A DNA stretch of 64,000 nucleotides from Anaerolineae bacterium (GTDB lineage Bacteria > Chloroflexota > Anaerolineae > Epilineales > Epilineaceae). Below, piece by piece: positions 28,707 through 37,830 of this stretch. Positions within the stretch are counted from its first letter, which is position 1, and every line of letters begins with the position of its first letter. The DNA lies in assembly GCA_038913135.1 (NCBI GenBank), contig JBCLES010000012.1:1036-65035 (forward strand), in the 5' to 3' direction. The translations under genes were made by a program, and so were the position numbers. The notes under the pieces are model-generated. The model ran no database searches. It was given only the letters and a program-made list of their open reading frames with translations, and had not been told where the DNA came from.

Positions 28707-31700
28707 CTACTCCACCACCAGCGCCCTTACGAACCCCATCGGCGACACCCACCGCGTGTGGTACTCCTTCCAATCGTCCGCATGCATTTTGTAAACCGGA
28801 TCGTCCCTGTACGATCCGGCGTCGCCGTAGACCACCTGGTCCACGTACTCCGGCCGATCGTGTGACGGCAACGGATGCACCGTCTTGGAGTAGGCCGTGT
28901 TGAAGTCGCCATCCTTCTCCCAACCCACGCTGACGAATATGTAGTCACGGACCATGTTCTTCGCCGGCTTCGGCGGCGCTTTGAAGGACAAACGGACTTC
29001 ATCGCCCGCGTTCGCGATCACATAACGATCGTCCATTCCAGACACAAGCTCCCGGACGTCGCCGTAGCGCGTGTAAAAACCCTCTAGATCGAGCCAGATC
29101 GGCTCAGTCGAGGCGATGCGCTCATAGTCGGGAATCTCCGGCTTGGTGACCGGCGCCGGCTCGACGCCCCTCGGGGTGTAATGGGTAGTGTACGAAAAGC
29201 CCCTCGCGCGAAGCTCGGCCGTTTCGGCCGGCATGTCGTGACGCACCAATTCGGCCGACGGGACACCTATCGCCGTGCCGAGTCGGTCCCAATACACCTC
29301 GAGGTTCGTCGAAAGTCGGAGCTTTCGCTCACCGGCAAAACCGGCCGGCCATGCGCCGCTGATATCGATGAGCATCGTCTTGCGCTTCCCGGCCGGAAAA
29401 CCGAGGTCCGCTTGAAGCTCGCGCCAGCCGTCGGGCGCCGCCTCGTCGGCAACCTCGAGCCGCAGTCCGCGTGGCGGAGCGTGCGACCCCTGGCTGAGCG
29501 CGATGTTGATAGAGCTGTCGGTCGGGCGGATCCAACCTTGGGCGATCAGGTATGAAGGCTCGTCTTTCGCCTGATCGGAAAGCGCGTCGGCCTCGCCAAG
29601 CGTTATTTCGATCGAGTGATTGTTCGCCACGCCCTGATACTTGCCCAGAGCAAAAGTGTCGATGAAGACTTCGTCCAGCTCTGTCGCCATGACGGTAACA
29701 TCCCGCCCCTCGTCGTCGATCACCTCCGCGGGCGGCGACACCGGGCCCGTAATGCGGACTTCAATCGGCGGCGGCGGGATCGAGAAGCGTTCATCGACCC
29801 AAATCTCGGTGTTCAAAGGATGATCGAAGGCGATCAGTCCGAATTCGTCGAAGTAGTGCGTTTCCCACAACTCGGCCGTGATCGAGGCATCCAAGCGTCC
29901 CTCCCGCTCCTGCAATTGATCGCCCCTGACCTTCACCCAATCGCGCGTCATCACCACGCCGGCTGTGACCTGAGCGTTGATTCGCAAGCCCAAAGGTGAG
30001 CGCCACAAAACATCGGTCACGAACGCCATCTCGGTGCCATTCCAGGCGTAAAGCCACGGACAGGATCCCTTGAGGCGCTGCTCAGCCGTGATGATCGATG
30101 CCTTTGCGAGATCGAACTCGCCCTGCGCCGACCCATTCGGCCACCGCAAGCGGACCACATTCGCAGCCGGGTGTTCGCCGAGACCGAAGTGGATAACGGG
30201 GCTGTCGATCGGGCGCTTCTGATACAGAAGTCCGGCACGTAGGTCGATTTCGCCACCGATGCCGAAAGCGTTGTTCCGCTGATCGCCGGTCAAGATGGCC
30301 TTTGGCTGGATCGCGAGCCAACTGTAGCCCTTCGCTCCGCCGCCATTGCCGAGAATGTGCGGCTTCCCGTCCGCTGCGCCGAGAAGATCCAGTTTCCCGT
30401 CCCCATCGATATCTGCCACCGACGTCACGCTGATCACTGCCGTGTCGGTGTTCTGAAGCTCCGTCAACACGCCGTCAGGGCCTGCAAGCCAGATAGTTGT
30501 CGCGCCGTCTGTGGAGACGATAAGGTCAGCCGCGCCGTTGTTATCTAAGTCCGCGTAGACCAAATTAGACTCTCCTGAGCCCAAGGGAGCGGGAAGGCGC
30601 GCGAGTTCACTTGTGGTCCACGCGTTCTCCGCTCCAGACCGGTCTAGGCTAACGCTTTCTATCGACCCGTCTGCTCGCAGCACGATGAGATCGAGGACGC
30701 CGTCAAGGTCCGCGTCCGCGACGGCAAGCGCCCGAGCCGACTCGGCCGCCGAATCCAGCGGGACCGAAATGTAGCGGTCGGAGCGCTCGTTGGTCAGGAG
30801 CTGCAACTGAGATTCGCCGTCGATCAGAGCGAGATCCGGATCGCCGTCGCCATCGACGTCCGACCAAACCGCTGCACGCACCCCTTGGACGTCCGGCAAC
30901 GGTGACTCTGCGGCCCATGTGCCGTCTCCCAGATTGCGCAGAAATATCGGTGCCGAAGCCGCGGTTCCCAGGAGCAGGTCAAGGTCGCCGTCGAGTTCGG
31001 AATCGAACACCCAAGCTCCCGTGTAGACGCCATCCACCACATCTGAAGCCAGCCCGCTTTGGGGCGTCCCATCAACCCACGCGCCCGACTCATTCACTGC
31101 CCAGATGCGCACGCCGCCGGTCCCGGCGGTCACGACCTCCAGGGTACCGTCGTTGTCCGCGTCTAGAACCGCAGCTCCTTGCGCCGTGACCCCGGTGGCG
31201 TCGAGCGGCAGTGCATCTTCAGGAAGCGTGAGGATCGCCTGCGCCTCGCCTGCCGGCGCACCGCCGAAAATCCGCACCCCGTCCTCCGCCCCGATCACCA
31301 GGATGGGCGTTAGATCCGCGCCGCTCGGCACGGCCCGGGCCCAGGAAGTGGTTTCCGGCGATGGTGCGACCACCGCGCGGAAGCGCAACTCCATGTCCGC
31401 CTCCGCCGGCTGAGCGCTCGGCGTAGGGAGCGACATGAAGACCTCGATCGGCTCACCAACCGCGGTTGGCGGACTCTTCAGCATCGCGAGACTCTGCTGA
31501 TGCGGCGGTGTGGAAAGTAGGAGGTTGTTCATCCCGAGGAGCGCGATGGAAGTCGCTCGCGCATCGCCGGCCGCTGCAGCCGCGCGTGCCTTCTCCAACT
31601 CGGCGCGTGCATCGTCCGGCCAGGCCGCGGAGAGTGCGGCAAGACGGTCGAGTGTAGCCTTCGCGTCCCCCCCACCCGATTCGGCTTCGAGCACGGCAAG

Positions 31701-32345
31701 ATCGATTATTGCGACGATGTTATCCGGCTGTGCCTCGATAATCAGCTCGAGCAACCCCCGGGCCTCGGCCGTGACGGCCTCTTCGTCTGAGCGGCGCAGT
31801 TCCTCGAAGAGCGTGTAGCGTGCTCGCACGTTCCCGTTGTCGAGCTCGAGCGCGCGGCGCAACTCGGCTTCAGCCGTTTCCCGGTCGCCTGAGCGGATCG
31901 CGCTGATCGCGGACAAGTGAGCGATCCGGCTGTCGCCCGGGGCAAGCCGCGTTGCCTCAGCAAGCGCCGCCGCCGCCGGCTCAGTCGATCCGAGCCTCAT
32001 CTCCGTCAACGCCAGATTTGCCCATCCGGACGCCTCGTTCGGAACGAGTTCGGTCGTCCGCGTGAATGCGTCGCGGGCAGTTTCGTTATCGCCGACGTGG
32101 ATCGCGGTTACGCCGGTATAGAATGCGGCGACGGTGTCCTGATAAGTCGCTTCGTCCACTTCGATCGTCGGGGCCGGCGACGGACCTTCGACGGCGTCGT
32201 CCTCGGCGTCATCGCAACCGGTGATCGCAACGGAGAGAGCCAGCGCGGCGGCCAGCGAAGCAAGCCGCGGAAACAGGAGCGGTATCGAACGGTCCGCACC
32301 CGCGCGAGCCGGTCGGAAGTCGGTGAACCATCCCAAAGCTATCAT
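28707..32345 (-). CDS. Giant lipoprotein fusing TPR region, FG-GAP/VCBS repeats, an ASPIC/UnbV domain and a ~470-aa C-terminal domain of unknown function
   Basis: Lipobox LALSVAITGC. TPR-like helices (…LGSTEPAAAALAEATRLAPGDSRIAHLSAISAIRSGD…). FG-GAP motifs (LDADNDGTLEV, SDVDGDGDPDL, ADADLDGVLDL, ADLDNNGAADL, ADIDGDGKLDL). ASPIC/UnbV signature (VIHFGLGEHPAANVVRLRWPNGS). Start set at MIALGW… (32345); the 121 extra codons in the track are Arg/Ser-rich. Confidence 0.75.
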   Translation of the reverse strand: MIALGWFTDFRPARAGADRSIPLLFPRLASLAAALALSVAITGCDDAEDDAVEGPSPAPTIEVDEATYQDTVAAFYTGVTAIHVGDNETARDAFTRTTELVPNEASGWANLALTEMRLGSTEPAAAALAEATRLAPGDSRIAHLSAISAIRSGDRETAEAELRRALELDNGNVRARYTLFEELRRSDEEAVTAEARGLLELIIEAQPDNIVAIIDLAVLEAESGGGDAKATLDRLAALSAAWPDDARAELEKARAAAAAGDARATSIALLGMNNLLLSTPPHQQSLAMLKSPPTAVGEPIEVFMSLPTPSAQPAEADMELRFRAVVAPSPETTSWARAVPSGADLTPILVIGAEDGVRIFGGAPAGEAQAILTLPEDALPLDATGVTAQGAAVLDADNDGTLEVVTAGTGGVRIWAVNESGAWVDGTPQSGLASDVVDGVYTGAWVFDSELDGDLDLLLGTAASAPIFLRNLGDGTWAAESPLPDVQGVRAAVWSDVDGDGDPDLALIDGESQLQLLTNERSDRYISVPLDSAAESARALAVADADLDGVLDLIVLRADGSIESVSLDRSGAENAWTTSELARLPAPLGSGESNLVYADLDNNGAADLIVSTDGATTIWLAGPDGVLTELQNTDTAVISVTSVADIDGDGKLDLLGAADGKPHILGNGGGAKGYSWLAIQPKAILTGDQRNNAFGIGGEIDLRAGLLYQKRPIDSPVIHFGLGEHPAANVVRLRWPNGSAQGEFDLAKASIITAEQRLKGSCPWLYAWNGTEMAFVTDVLWRSPLGLRINAQVTAGVVMTRDWVKVRGDQLQEREGRLDASITAELWETHYFDEFGLIAFDHPLNTEIWVDERFSIPPPPIEVRITGPVSPPAEVIDDEGRDVTVMATELDEVFIDTFALGKYQGVANNHSIEITLGEADALSDQAKDEPSYLIAQGWIRPTDSSINIALSQGSHAPPRGLRLEVADEAAPDGWRELQADLGFPAGKRKTMLIDISGAWPAGFAGERKLRLSTNLEVYWDRLGTAIGVPSAELVRHDMPAETAELRARGFSYTTHYTPRGVEPAPVTKPEIPDYERIASTEPIWLDLEGFYTRYGDVRELVSGMDDRYVIANAGDEVRLSFKAPPKPAKNMVRDYIFVSVGWEKDGDFNTAYSKTVHPLPSHDRPEYVDQVVYGDAGSYRDDPVYKMHADDWKEYHTRWVSPMGFVRALVVE

Positions 32346-32530
32346 TGCATTCCCCCAGGGCCCGGAGTCGACCGCGGGTCGGCCGTCCAGCCGGACATTA
32401 TACACCGGGCACGGCGCCTCGGCGCCCTCACTGCCCGACATTTCCAGCGAGGCGGTGTAGTAGTCGAAGCATCCCGATCGGCACCCTCGCGGGATCCGAC
32501 GACCGCTCTCCCTTAAATCCAGGATGTTCG

Positions 32531-33022
32531 ATGAAAACACTGATCGTGCTGAGACATGCGAAGGCCGTTCGGCCGGAGTCAGATCTACACGACTTCGATC
32601 GTGGCCTGACCGAACGTGGCCGGCGAGACTCGCGGGCTGTCGGAGAATGGCTTGCCGAAGAGGGTCTTCAGCCGGACATGGTGATCGCGTCGAGTGCGCT
32701 GCGAACACGGGAAACCGCGGAGTTGGTGGCGGAAGCCGCCGAGCTGGACGATGCGCCGTTACTCCTCGAAGCCCTGTACGGGTCGGACGAAGCTACGTGT
32801 CTGGCTATGCTCAGCGCCCACGCCGAAGGCTACGACACGGTCTTGATAGTCGGTCACAATCCCACGATGGAGGGCCTGGTCGAGCGCTTGACCGGGCAAG
32901 CGGAGACCATGAAGACCGCCGCGCTTGCTCATGTCGAACTCGATGTAGAAGCGTGGGAGTCGATCGATCGCAGCGTCGAATGCCGCCTCATCTCGATGTG
33001 GCGGCCGGCGAAGTCTGCATGA
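32531..33022 (+). CDS. sixA: Phosphohistidine phosphatase SixA-like (histidine phosphatase family)
   Basis: MKTLIVLRHAKA (RHG-type catalytic motif), about 163 aa. AGGA lies 7 nt upstream of ATG 32531. Confidence 0.75.
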   Translation: MKTLIVLRHAKAVRPESDLHDFDRGLTERGRRDSRAVGEWLAEEGLQPDMVIASSALRTRETAELVAEAAELDDAPLLLEALYGSDEATCLAMLSAHAEGYDTVLIVGHNPTMEGLVERLTGQAETMKTAALAHVELDVEAWESIDRSVECRLISMWRPAKSA

Positions 33023-33159
33023 GGTCGCGTGCCGACGAGTGATCGTCTCGGCGCCAAAGAATCACAGCAAACGCGGCGCAGCTCATCGGCCGCCCCGCGT
33101 TTACTGGCATCCGAATAGGTGGTCGGCCCGACCGTCAGGTCGAGGCAGCCGTTTGAAAG

Positions 33160-33453
33160 CTAATTGCGAACGCGATCCTTCAAACCCTTACCCGCGCGGA
33201 AACTCACCGAGTTGCGCGCGGGGATGTTGATCGAAGCGCCCGTCTGTGGGTTGCGGCCAGAGCGCGCCTTGGTGCGGCGCGTCTTGAACGTCCCGAATCC
33301 GACGACCGCGAAATCGCGGCCCCCGCCGAGCTCTTGGGCGATCAAGCCCTCGTCATCCTTGGTCGAAAAGATGCAATCGATGACTTCGAGAGCCTTAGCC
33401 TTGGAGATGTCCGTCTTCGTTGCGAGCTGGGTCGCAAAATCCTGCTTGTTCAC
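33160..33453 (-). CDS. hup: Nucleoid-associated protein HU
   Basis: (M)NKQDFATQLATKTDISKAKALEVIDCIF…GFGTFKTRRTKARSGRNPQTG…SFRAGK is canonical HU. GTG start with a perfect AAGGAG 6 nt upstream; the upstream ATG in the ORF track lacks an RBS. Confidence 0.85.
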   Translation of the reverse strand: MNKQDFATQLATKTDISKAKALEVIDCIFSTKDDEGLIAQELGGGRDFAVVGFGTFKTRRTKARSGRNPQTGASINIPARNSVSFRAGKGLKDRVRN

Positions 33454-33628
33454 ACATCGCTCCTTTATCGTCTGCATTGGCATGCACGTAGGCCGAATTC
33501 CGCAGGAATATGCCACATCGGGCGCAGAATTGCCAGTGTTTTCAGGCTCGAACGCAAAATTGAGTCCGCAAACCAACGGATTCAGCAGCTGATTAGATGC
33601 GTTTTCGCGCTCCTAATCGCGGCGGCGA

Positions 33629-34540
33629 CTATCCGAGAACGTCGCGCAGTGCGGGCTCGAGCGAAGGGAACCGGAAGGAAAAGCCCTCCGACTCCAGCCT
33701 ATCCGGAACCGCGTTCTGGCCATCGAGGACCAGAGTAGACATTTCGCCGAGCGCCAGCTTTATCGCGATTCCCGGCGTCGGAACGAACGCCGGACGGCCG
33801 AGTACCCTGGCCGCAGTGTGCGCGAATTCCGCCTGGGTCACCGAATCCGGCGCCGTAAGATTGTAGGCCCCGGAGCAGCGCTCTTCCGACATCAGAAAGT
33901 GAAGCGCTCCGACTTCGTCGTCCTCATGTATCCACGGCACATACTGCCGGCCGCCTCCCATCGGGCCCCCGACGAAAAGCCGTATCGGCAACACGACTCT
34001 AGCAAGCGCTCCCCCGCGTTCGCTCAGAACGATCCCGGTGCGTGTGATCACACGCCGCACGCCAAGCTCAGCGACCGGCTCACTCGCAGCCTCCCAAGCT
34101 ACACAGACCTGGGCCAAGAAATCATCGCCGGCAGGCATGTCGGACGTCACAGGTTCCGGTCCGCGCGGACCGTAAAAGCCGACCGCCGACCCTTGAATCA
34201 GCAACCTTGGCCGATCGTGCGCGCCTTCGATAGCCTCCACTACCGCGCCCGTGGCGAGAAGGCGGCTGTTGAGGATCTTCTGTTTGCGCTCGTCGCTCCA
34301 CCGCTTTGACAGAGTCTCGCCGGCCAAATTGACTATCGCATGTGCGCCCTCCACCAGATCGGACCACCCTTCAGCCGATCGGCCGTCCCACGAGCGTAGC
34401 TGTACCCCTTCCGGCAAGCCGCGCGCCCGGGACGGATCTCGGGAAAGCCCGACGACATCGTATCCGGACTCGATCAAACGTTTGGAAAGCGCGCTTCCAA
34501 TCAAACCGGTGGCACCCAGGATGATCACGCGTTCGGACAT
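33629..34540 (-). CDS. TIGR01777/SDR39U1-family NAD-binding epimerase-like oxidoreductase (C-terminal DUF1731 region)
   Basis: Rossmann motif ILGATGLIGS and a C-terminal YVPWIHEDDEVGAL…LGRPAFVPTPGIAIKLALGEM block. Start at MSERVII with AAGGAG 6 nt upstream. Confidence 0.75.
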   Translation of the reverse strand: MSERVIILGATGLIGSALSKRLIESGYDVVGLSRDPSRARGLPEGVQLRSWDGRSAEGWSDLVEGAHAIVNLAGETLSKRWSDERKQKILNSRLLATGAVVEAIEGAHDRPRLLIQGSAVGFYGPRGPEPVTSDMPAGDDFLAQVCVAWEAASEPVAELGVRRVITRTGIVLSERGGALARVVLPIRLFVGGPMGGGRQYVPWIHEDDEVGALHFLMSEERCSGAYNLTAPDSVTQAEFAHTAARVLGRPAFVPTPGIAIKLALGEMSTLVLDGQNAVPDRLESEGFSFRFPSLEPALRDVLG

Positions 34541-34604
34541 CGACGTCTCCTTGGACAAGGCGAATCGAACGATTTCGGGGCTTCGGACCCTGTTCGCAGC
34601 GTGC

Positions 34605-36515
34605 TCAATCGAAATCCGGATCGGCGAGCGACGGCAGGATGAAAGTCACGCTCATCCCTTTGCCAGCGCCTTCGCTCTGGGCCCAAATCCGGCCCCCGAG
34701 GCGCCTGACGATTTCGTGACTCAGACTGAGCCCCAATCCCATGCCTTCGAACCGTCGCGTGATACCGCCATCGACCTGATAGAAGCGGTCGAAAAGTTGC
34801 GTTAGGCGTTCGGGCTCGACTCCGACGCCGTCGTCGGCGACGGTAACCTGTATGCCGCTCGGACTCTGCCTCACCATTACTCGTGTCGTGCCGCCCCCCG
34901 GACTGAACTTGCGGGCGTTGTCGAGTAGGTTGTTGATAACTTGGCGGAGATAGTCCTCATTCCCCGATACGTAGCCGACGCCATCACCCACCTGGCACGT
35001 GAGCCGAATGTTTTCTCGTTGGAGGATCGGGCGCCACGATGAGACGATCGATTCGACGAGTATCGGCAGCATCACGGGGTGAAGGGGCAGCTGCTCGCCT
35101 TCGAGTCCCTGGAAGGTCAGGAGGAGGTTTACCAAATGCGTCAGATGATGGGCGCTCGTCAAGATGTTGGTCGCGGCATGGCCTGCGTCGTCATCGAGTG
35201 GCCCGAGTACCCCGTCGCTCAGCATTTCCGCCCACGCAGAGATAACCGAAAGCGGTGAGCGGAGCTCATGGCTGACATTTGCAAGCATCTGCTCGCGCGC
35301 CATCAGAGCTTCTTGGAGCTGCGTGTAGAGTCGGACGTTGCCGATGGCCACGCTCAGGTGATCGACAAGCGTCTTGAGCACCATCACGTCCACGTCGTCG
35401 AAGGCGTCCGGCCGATTCTCCGAGACGGCGAGCAGGGCGACGAATTCTTCGCCCACACGAATCGGGAAGACCGATTCGGAACGAATCGCCGGCCTACCCG
35501 GAACCTCGATGAATTCTTCGTACAAAGTCACATCGTTGGCGACGATCGGCTCGCCATCTCGGACGGCGCGCCCCAGCAAACCGGCGTACATCGCCTGTGA
35601 ATACGTCCGCGGCTCCGCGCCGACTCCCGCATCCTTGCTGGAGATCGACTCGAGCACAAGGCGCTCGTTTGCCCGATCGAGGCTGAACAAGCTCACGTCG
35701 GAGTAACCGAAGGTTTCGCGGATCGCCTCCACGACCCGGGAATAGAGCGTATCAAGGTCGTCGAGAGAGTTGATTGTCTCCGCGATATCATTGATCAGGA
35801 GGAGCTGCTGATTTCGGCGATTGAGCGCCAGCGTGCGTTCACCGACAAGTTCTTCGAGGTGTTGACGGTAGAGTTCGTTCTCTTCCTCGAGGCGCCGCTT
35901 TTCTTGGACTAGCCGAAGATGTGAGATCGCACGCTCGATCACCCGCAGAAGATCGGTTTGATCGACAGGCTTCACCAGGAAGTCGTATGCTCCAAGCCGG
36001 AGTGCATCGACGGCCGTCTCGACCGCCGGCCGGCCCGTCGCCAAGACAACCGGCATGTCGGGATAGTGCTCCCGCGCCCAATACAGGAGATCGAGTCCCG
36101 AGCCCTGAGTCATGCGGACGTCACTGACAAGCACGTCGGCCGACTCTTCGTCCAGCATTGCTTGCGCCGTCACACCGTTATCCGCGACACGCACCCTATG
36201 ACCGGCATCCTCGAGCCAGATGCTGAACAACTCGCGCACGACGATTTCGGCGTCGACGACCACAATCGAAGCCGACTCACGTGGCGTCCGAATGGCAGAA
36301 TGGTCGTCAACGTCGAGTTCCGTAACTATCGGCGTGAAGAGGCTGTCAGCCGACCTTAAGGCGCGCTGTCGCGCCAGTACATCGCTCTCTGTCTTCTGCA
36401 ATGCTCCCCAATCCTTCTCCGCAATCGAGTCATCCCTTGGCCGCCTCGATATTCGATCTAGGCATGATGGTACACGCTGCGACGTCCGAACGGTGATCCG
36501 TAGGCCATTTTTCAA
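34605..36515 (-). CDS. Hybrid sensor histidine kinase: N-terminal receiver (REC) - GAF - HisKA - HATPase_c
   Basis: REC domain (IVVVDAEIVVREL…LVSDVRM…), H-box (ANVSHELRSPLSVI), and ATPase motifs (DNARKFS, DDGVGV, GMGLGLSL). Confidence 0.8.
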   Translation of the reverse strand: MKNGLRITVRTSQRVPSCLDRISRRPRDDSIAEKDWGALQKTESDVLARQRALRSADSLFTPIVTELDVDDHSAIRTPRESASIVVVDAEIVVRELFSIWLEDAGHRVRVADNGVTAQAMLDEESADVLVSDVRMTQGSGLDLLYWAREHYPDMPVVLATGRPAVETAVDALRLGAYDFLVKPVDQTDLLRVIERAISHLRLVQEKRRLEEENELYRQHLEELVGERTLALNRRNQQLLLINDIAETINSLDDLDTLYSRVVEAIRETFGYSDVSLFSLDRANERLVLESISSKDAGVGAEPRTYSQAMYAGLLGRAVRDGEPIVANDVTLYEEFIEVPGRPAIRSESVFPIRVGEEFVALLAVSENRPDAFDDVDVMVLKTLVDHLSVAIGNVRLYTQLQEALMAREQMLANVSHELRSPLSVISAWAEMLSDGVLGPLDDDAGHAATNILTSAHHLTHLVNLLLTFQGLEGEQLPLHPVMLPILVESIVSSWRPILQRENIRLTCQVGDGVGYVSGNEDYLRQVINNLLDNARKFSPGGGTTRVMVRQSPSGIQVTVADDGVGVEPERLTQLFDRFYQVDGGITRRFEGMGLGLSLSHEIVRRLGGRIWAQSEGAGKGMSVTFILPSLADPDFD

Positions 36516-36658
36516 TACACACCCTGGGTGAGGACACAGCTCAACCCGGAGGTGGCTGGATGCTCAACCGATCGCCTTGACCTAGGACACTGCGACCCCG
36601 AGCATAAGATAAGTCTGTCCCAAATCCGTCATCGACTATAGAGAGGCTCGAATCCAAC

Positions 36659-37723
36659 GTGTTGGAACATTCAGCAGCGCGCAACGCCAATGCCAAGCGA
36701 TTCGGCGAATCACACTATGCCCGAACCGCACTCGCAGTTCTTTCATTCGTTCTAGCCACTGTTTCCGTCGCCTGCACTCCGGAATCGGACGAGACCGGCC
36801 AATCGCTCGTCGTCTACTCAGGCCGCTCTGAGACTCTCGTCAGCCTGCTGATCGATCGCTTTTCCGAAGCGTCCGGCATCGAGGTCGACGTCCGCTGGGG
36901 CGACACCGCCGAGATAGCGGCGACGCTGCTCGAAGAGGGCGACCGGAGCCCTGCCGATGTCTTCCTGGCTCAGGACCCCGGGGGTCTCGGAGCCGTGATC
37001 GAGTTGCTTTCCCCGCTTTCCGAAGAGACGCTCGAAGCCGTCGAGCCCCGCTTCAGGGATCCGGGCGGACGCTGGGTTGGCGTCTCAGGTCGATCGCGTG
37101 TCTTTGCATACAATACGGAACAGGTCCCCGAAGGATCGCTTCCGAACGATCTCCAGGAGTTGACGCTTCCAGAGTGGCGCGGCCGAATTGGCTGGGCACC
37201 GACGAATGCATCCTTCCAGTCCATGGTCAGCGCGATGCGCGCAGAGTGGGGCGACGAAGGTACACGCACTTGGCTTGAAGGTATGTTGGCCAACGATCCG
37301 ATCGTCTATGACAGCAACACCCCGATCGTGGCGGCCGTCGGGGCGGGTGAGATCGACCTCGGCTTGGTCAACCACTATTACCTGTATCGCTTCCTCGCTG
37401 AGGAGGGCGAATCCTTCCCCGTGAGAAACCACTTCCTCACAAGCCCGGGTCCCGGTTCTCTGTTGCTCGTTTCCGGGGTCGGAATCCTTGAAAGCGCCTC
37501 GCATCGAGAGGCGGCGGAAGAGTTCGTGCGATTCCTGCTTGCCGAGGAGGCTCAGACGTACCTGACCGAGGAGACCTTCGAGTATCCGCTCGCCTCGGGG
37601 GTGGCGCCATCGGTAGATCTACCTGCCCTCGATACGCTCGCCGCGCCGAACATCCCGCTCGACGCGCTCGCCGATCTTCTCGGCTCAGTGGATCTCCTGC
37701 GGGACGTAGGCGTGCTTCCCTGA
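36659..37723 (+). CDS. Fe(III)-type ABC transporter periplasmic substrate-binding lipoprotein (FbpA/AfuA-like)
   Basis: Lipobox VSVACTP. SBP_bac_1/Fe-binding family similarity (LVVYSGRSETLV…). GTG start. Confidence 0.75.
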   Translation: MLEHSAARNANAKRFGESHYARTALAVLSFVLATVSVACTPESDETGQSLVVYSGRSETLVSLLIDRFSEASGIEVDVRWGDTAEIAATLLEEGDRSPADVFLAQDPGGLGAVIELLSPLSEETLEAVEPRFRDPGGRWVGVSGRSRVFAYNTEQVPEGSLPNDLQELTLPEWRGRIGWAPTNASFQSMVSAMRAEWGDEGTRTWLEGMLANDPIVYDSNTPIVAAVGAGEIDLGLVNHYYLYRFLAEEGESFPVRNHFLTSPGPGSLLLVSGVGILESASHREAAEEFVRFLLAEEAQTYLTEETFEYPLASGVAPSVDLPALDTLAAPNIPLDALADLLGSVDLLRDVGVLP

Positions 37724-37830
37724 TCGAAGGCTTCATCGAACGCTCCTTCGGGCGAATCAACCGCCTCCGCGGATTCGCCCGTGGCTCGCCATGGCCATCG
37801 CCGCGCGGACTTCCGGTCCGAGCGGCTGCC

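Noticed and set aside
32346-32708. 121-codon N-terminal extension of the giant lipoprotein ORF
   Set aside because: The extension is Arg/Ser-rich without a signal peptide and covers the divergent sixA promoter. The lipobox-containing signal peptide starts at the Met at 32345.
33454-33576. Longer HU ORF starting at the upstream ATG (MVCGLNF…)
   Set aside because: A GTG with a perfect AAGGAG 6 nt upstream gives the canonical HU N-terminus (MNKQDF…). The upstream extension has no RBS and a non-HU sequence.
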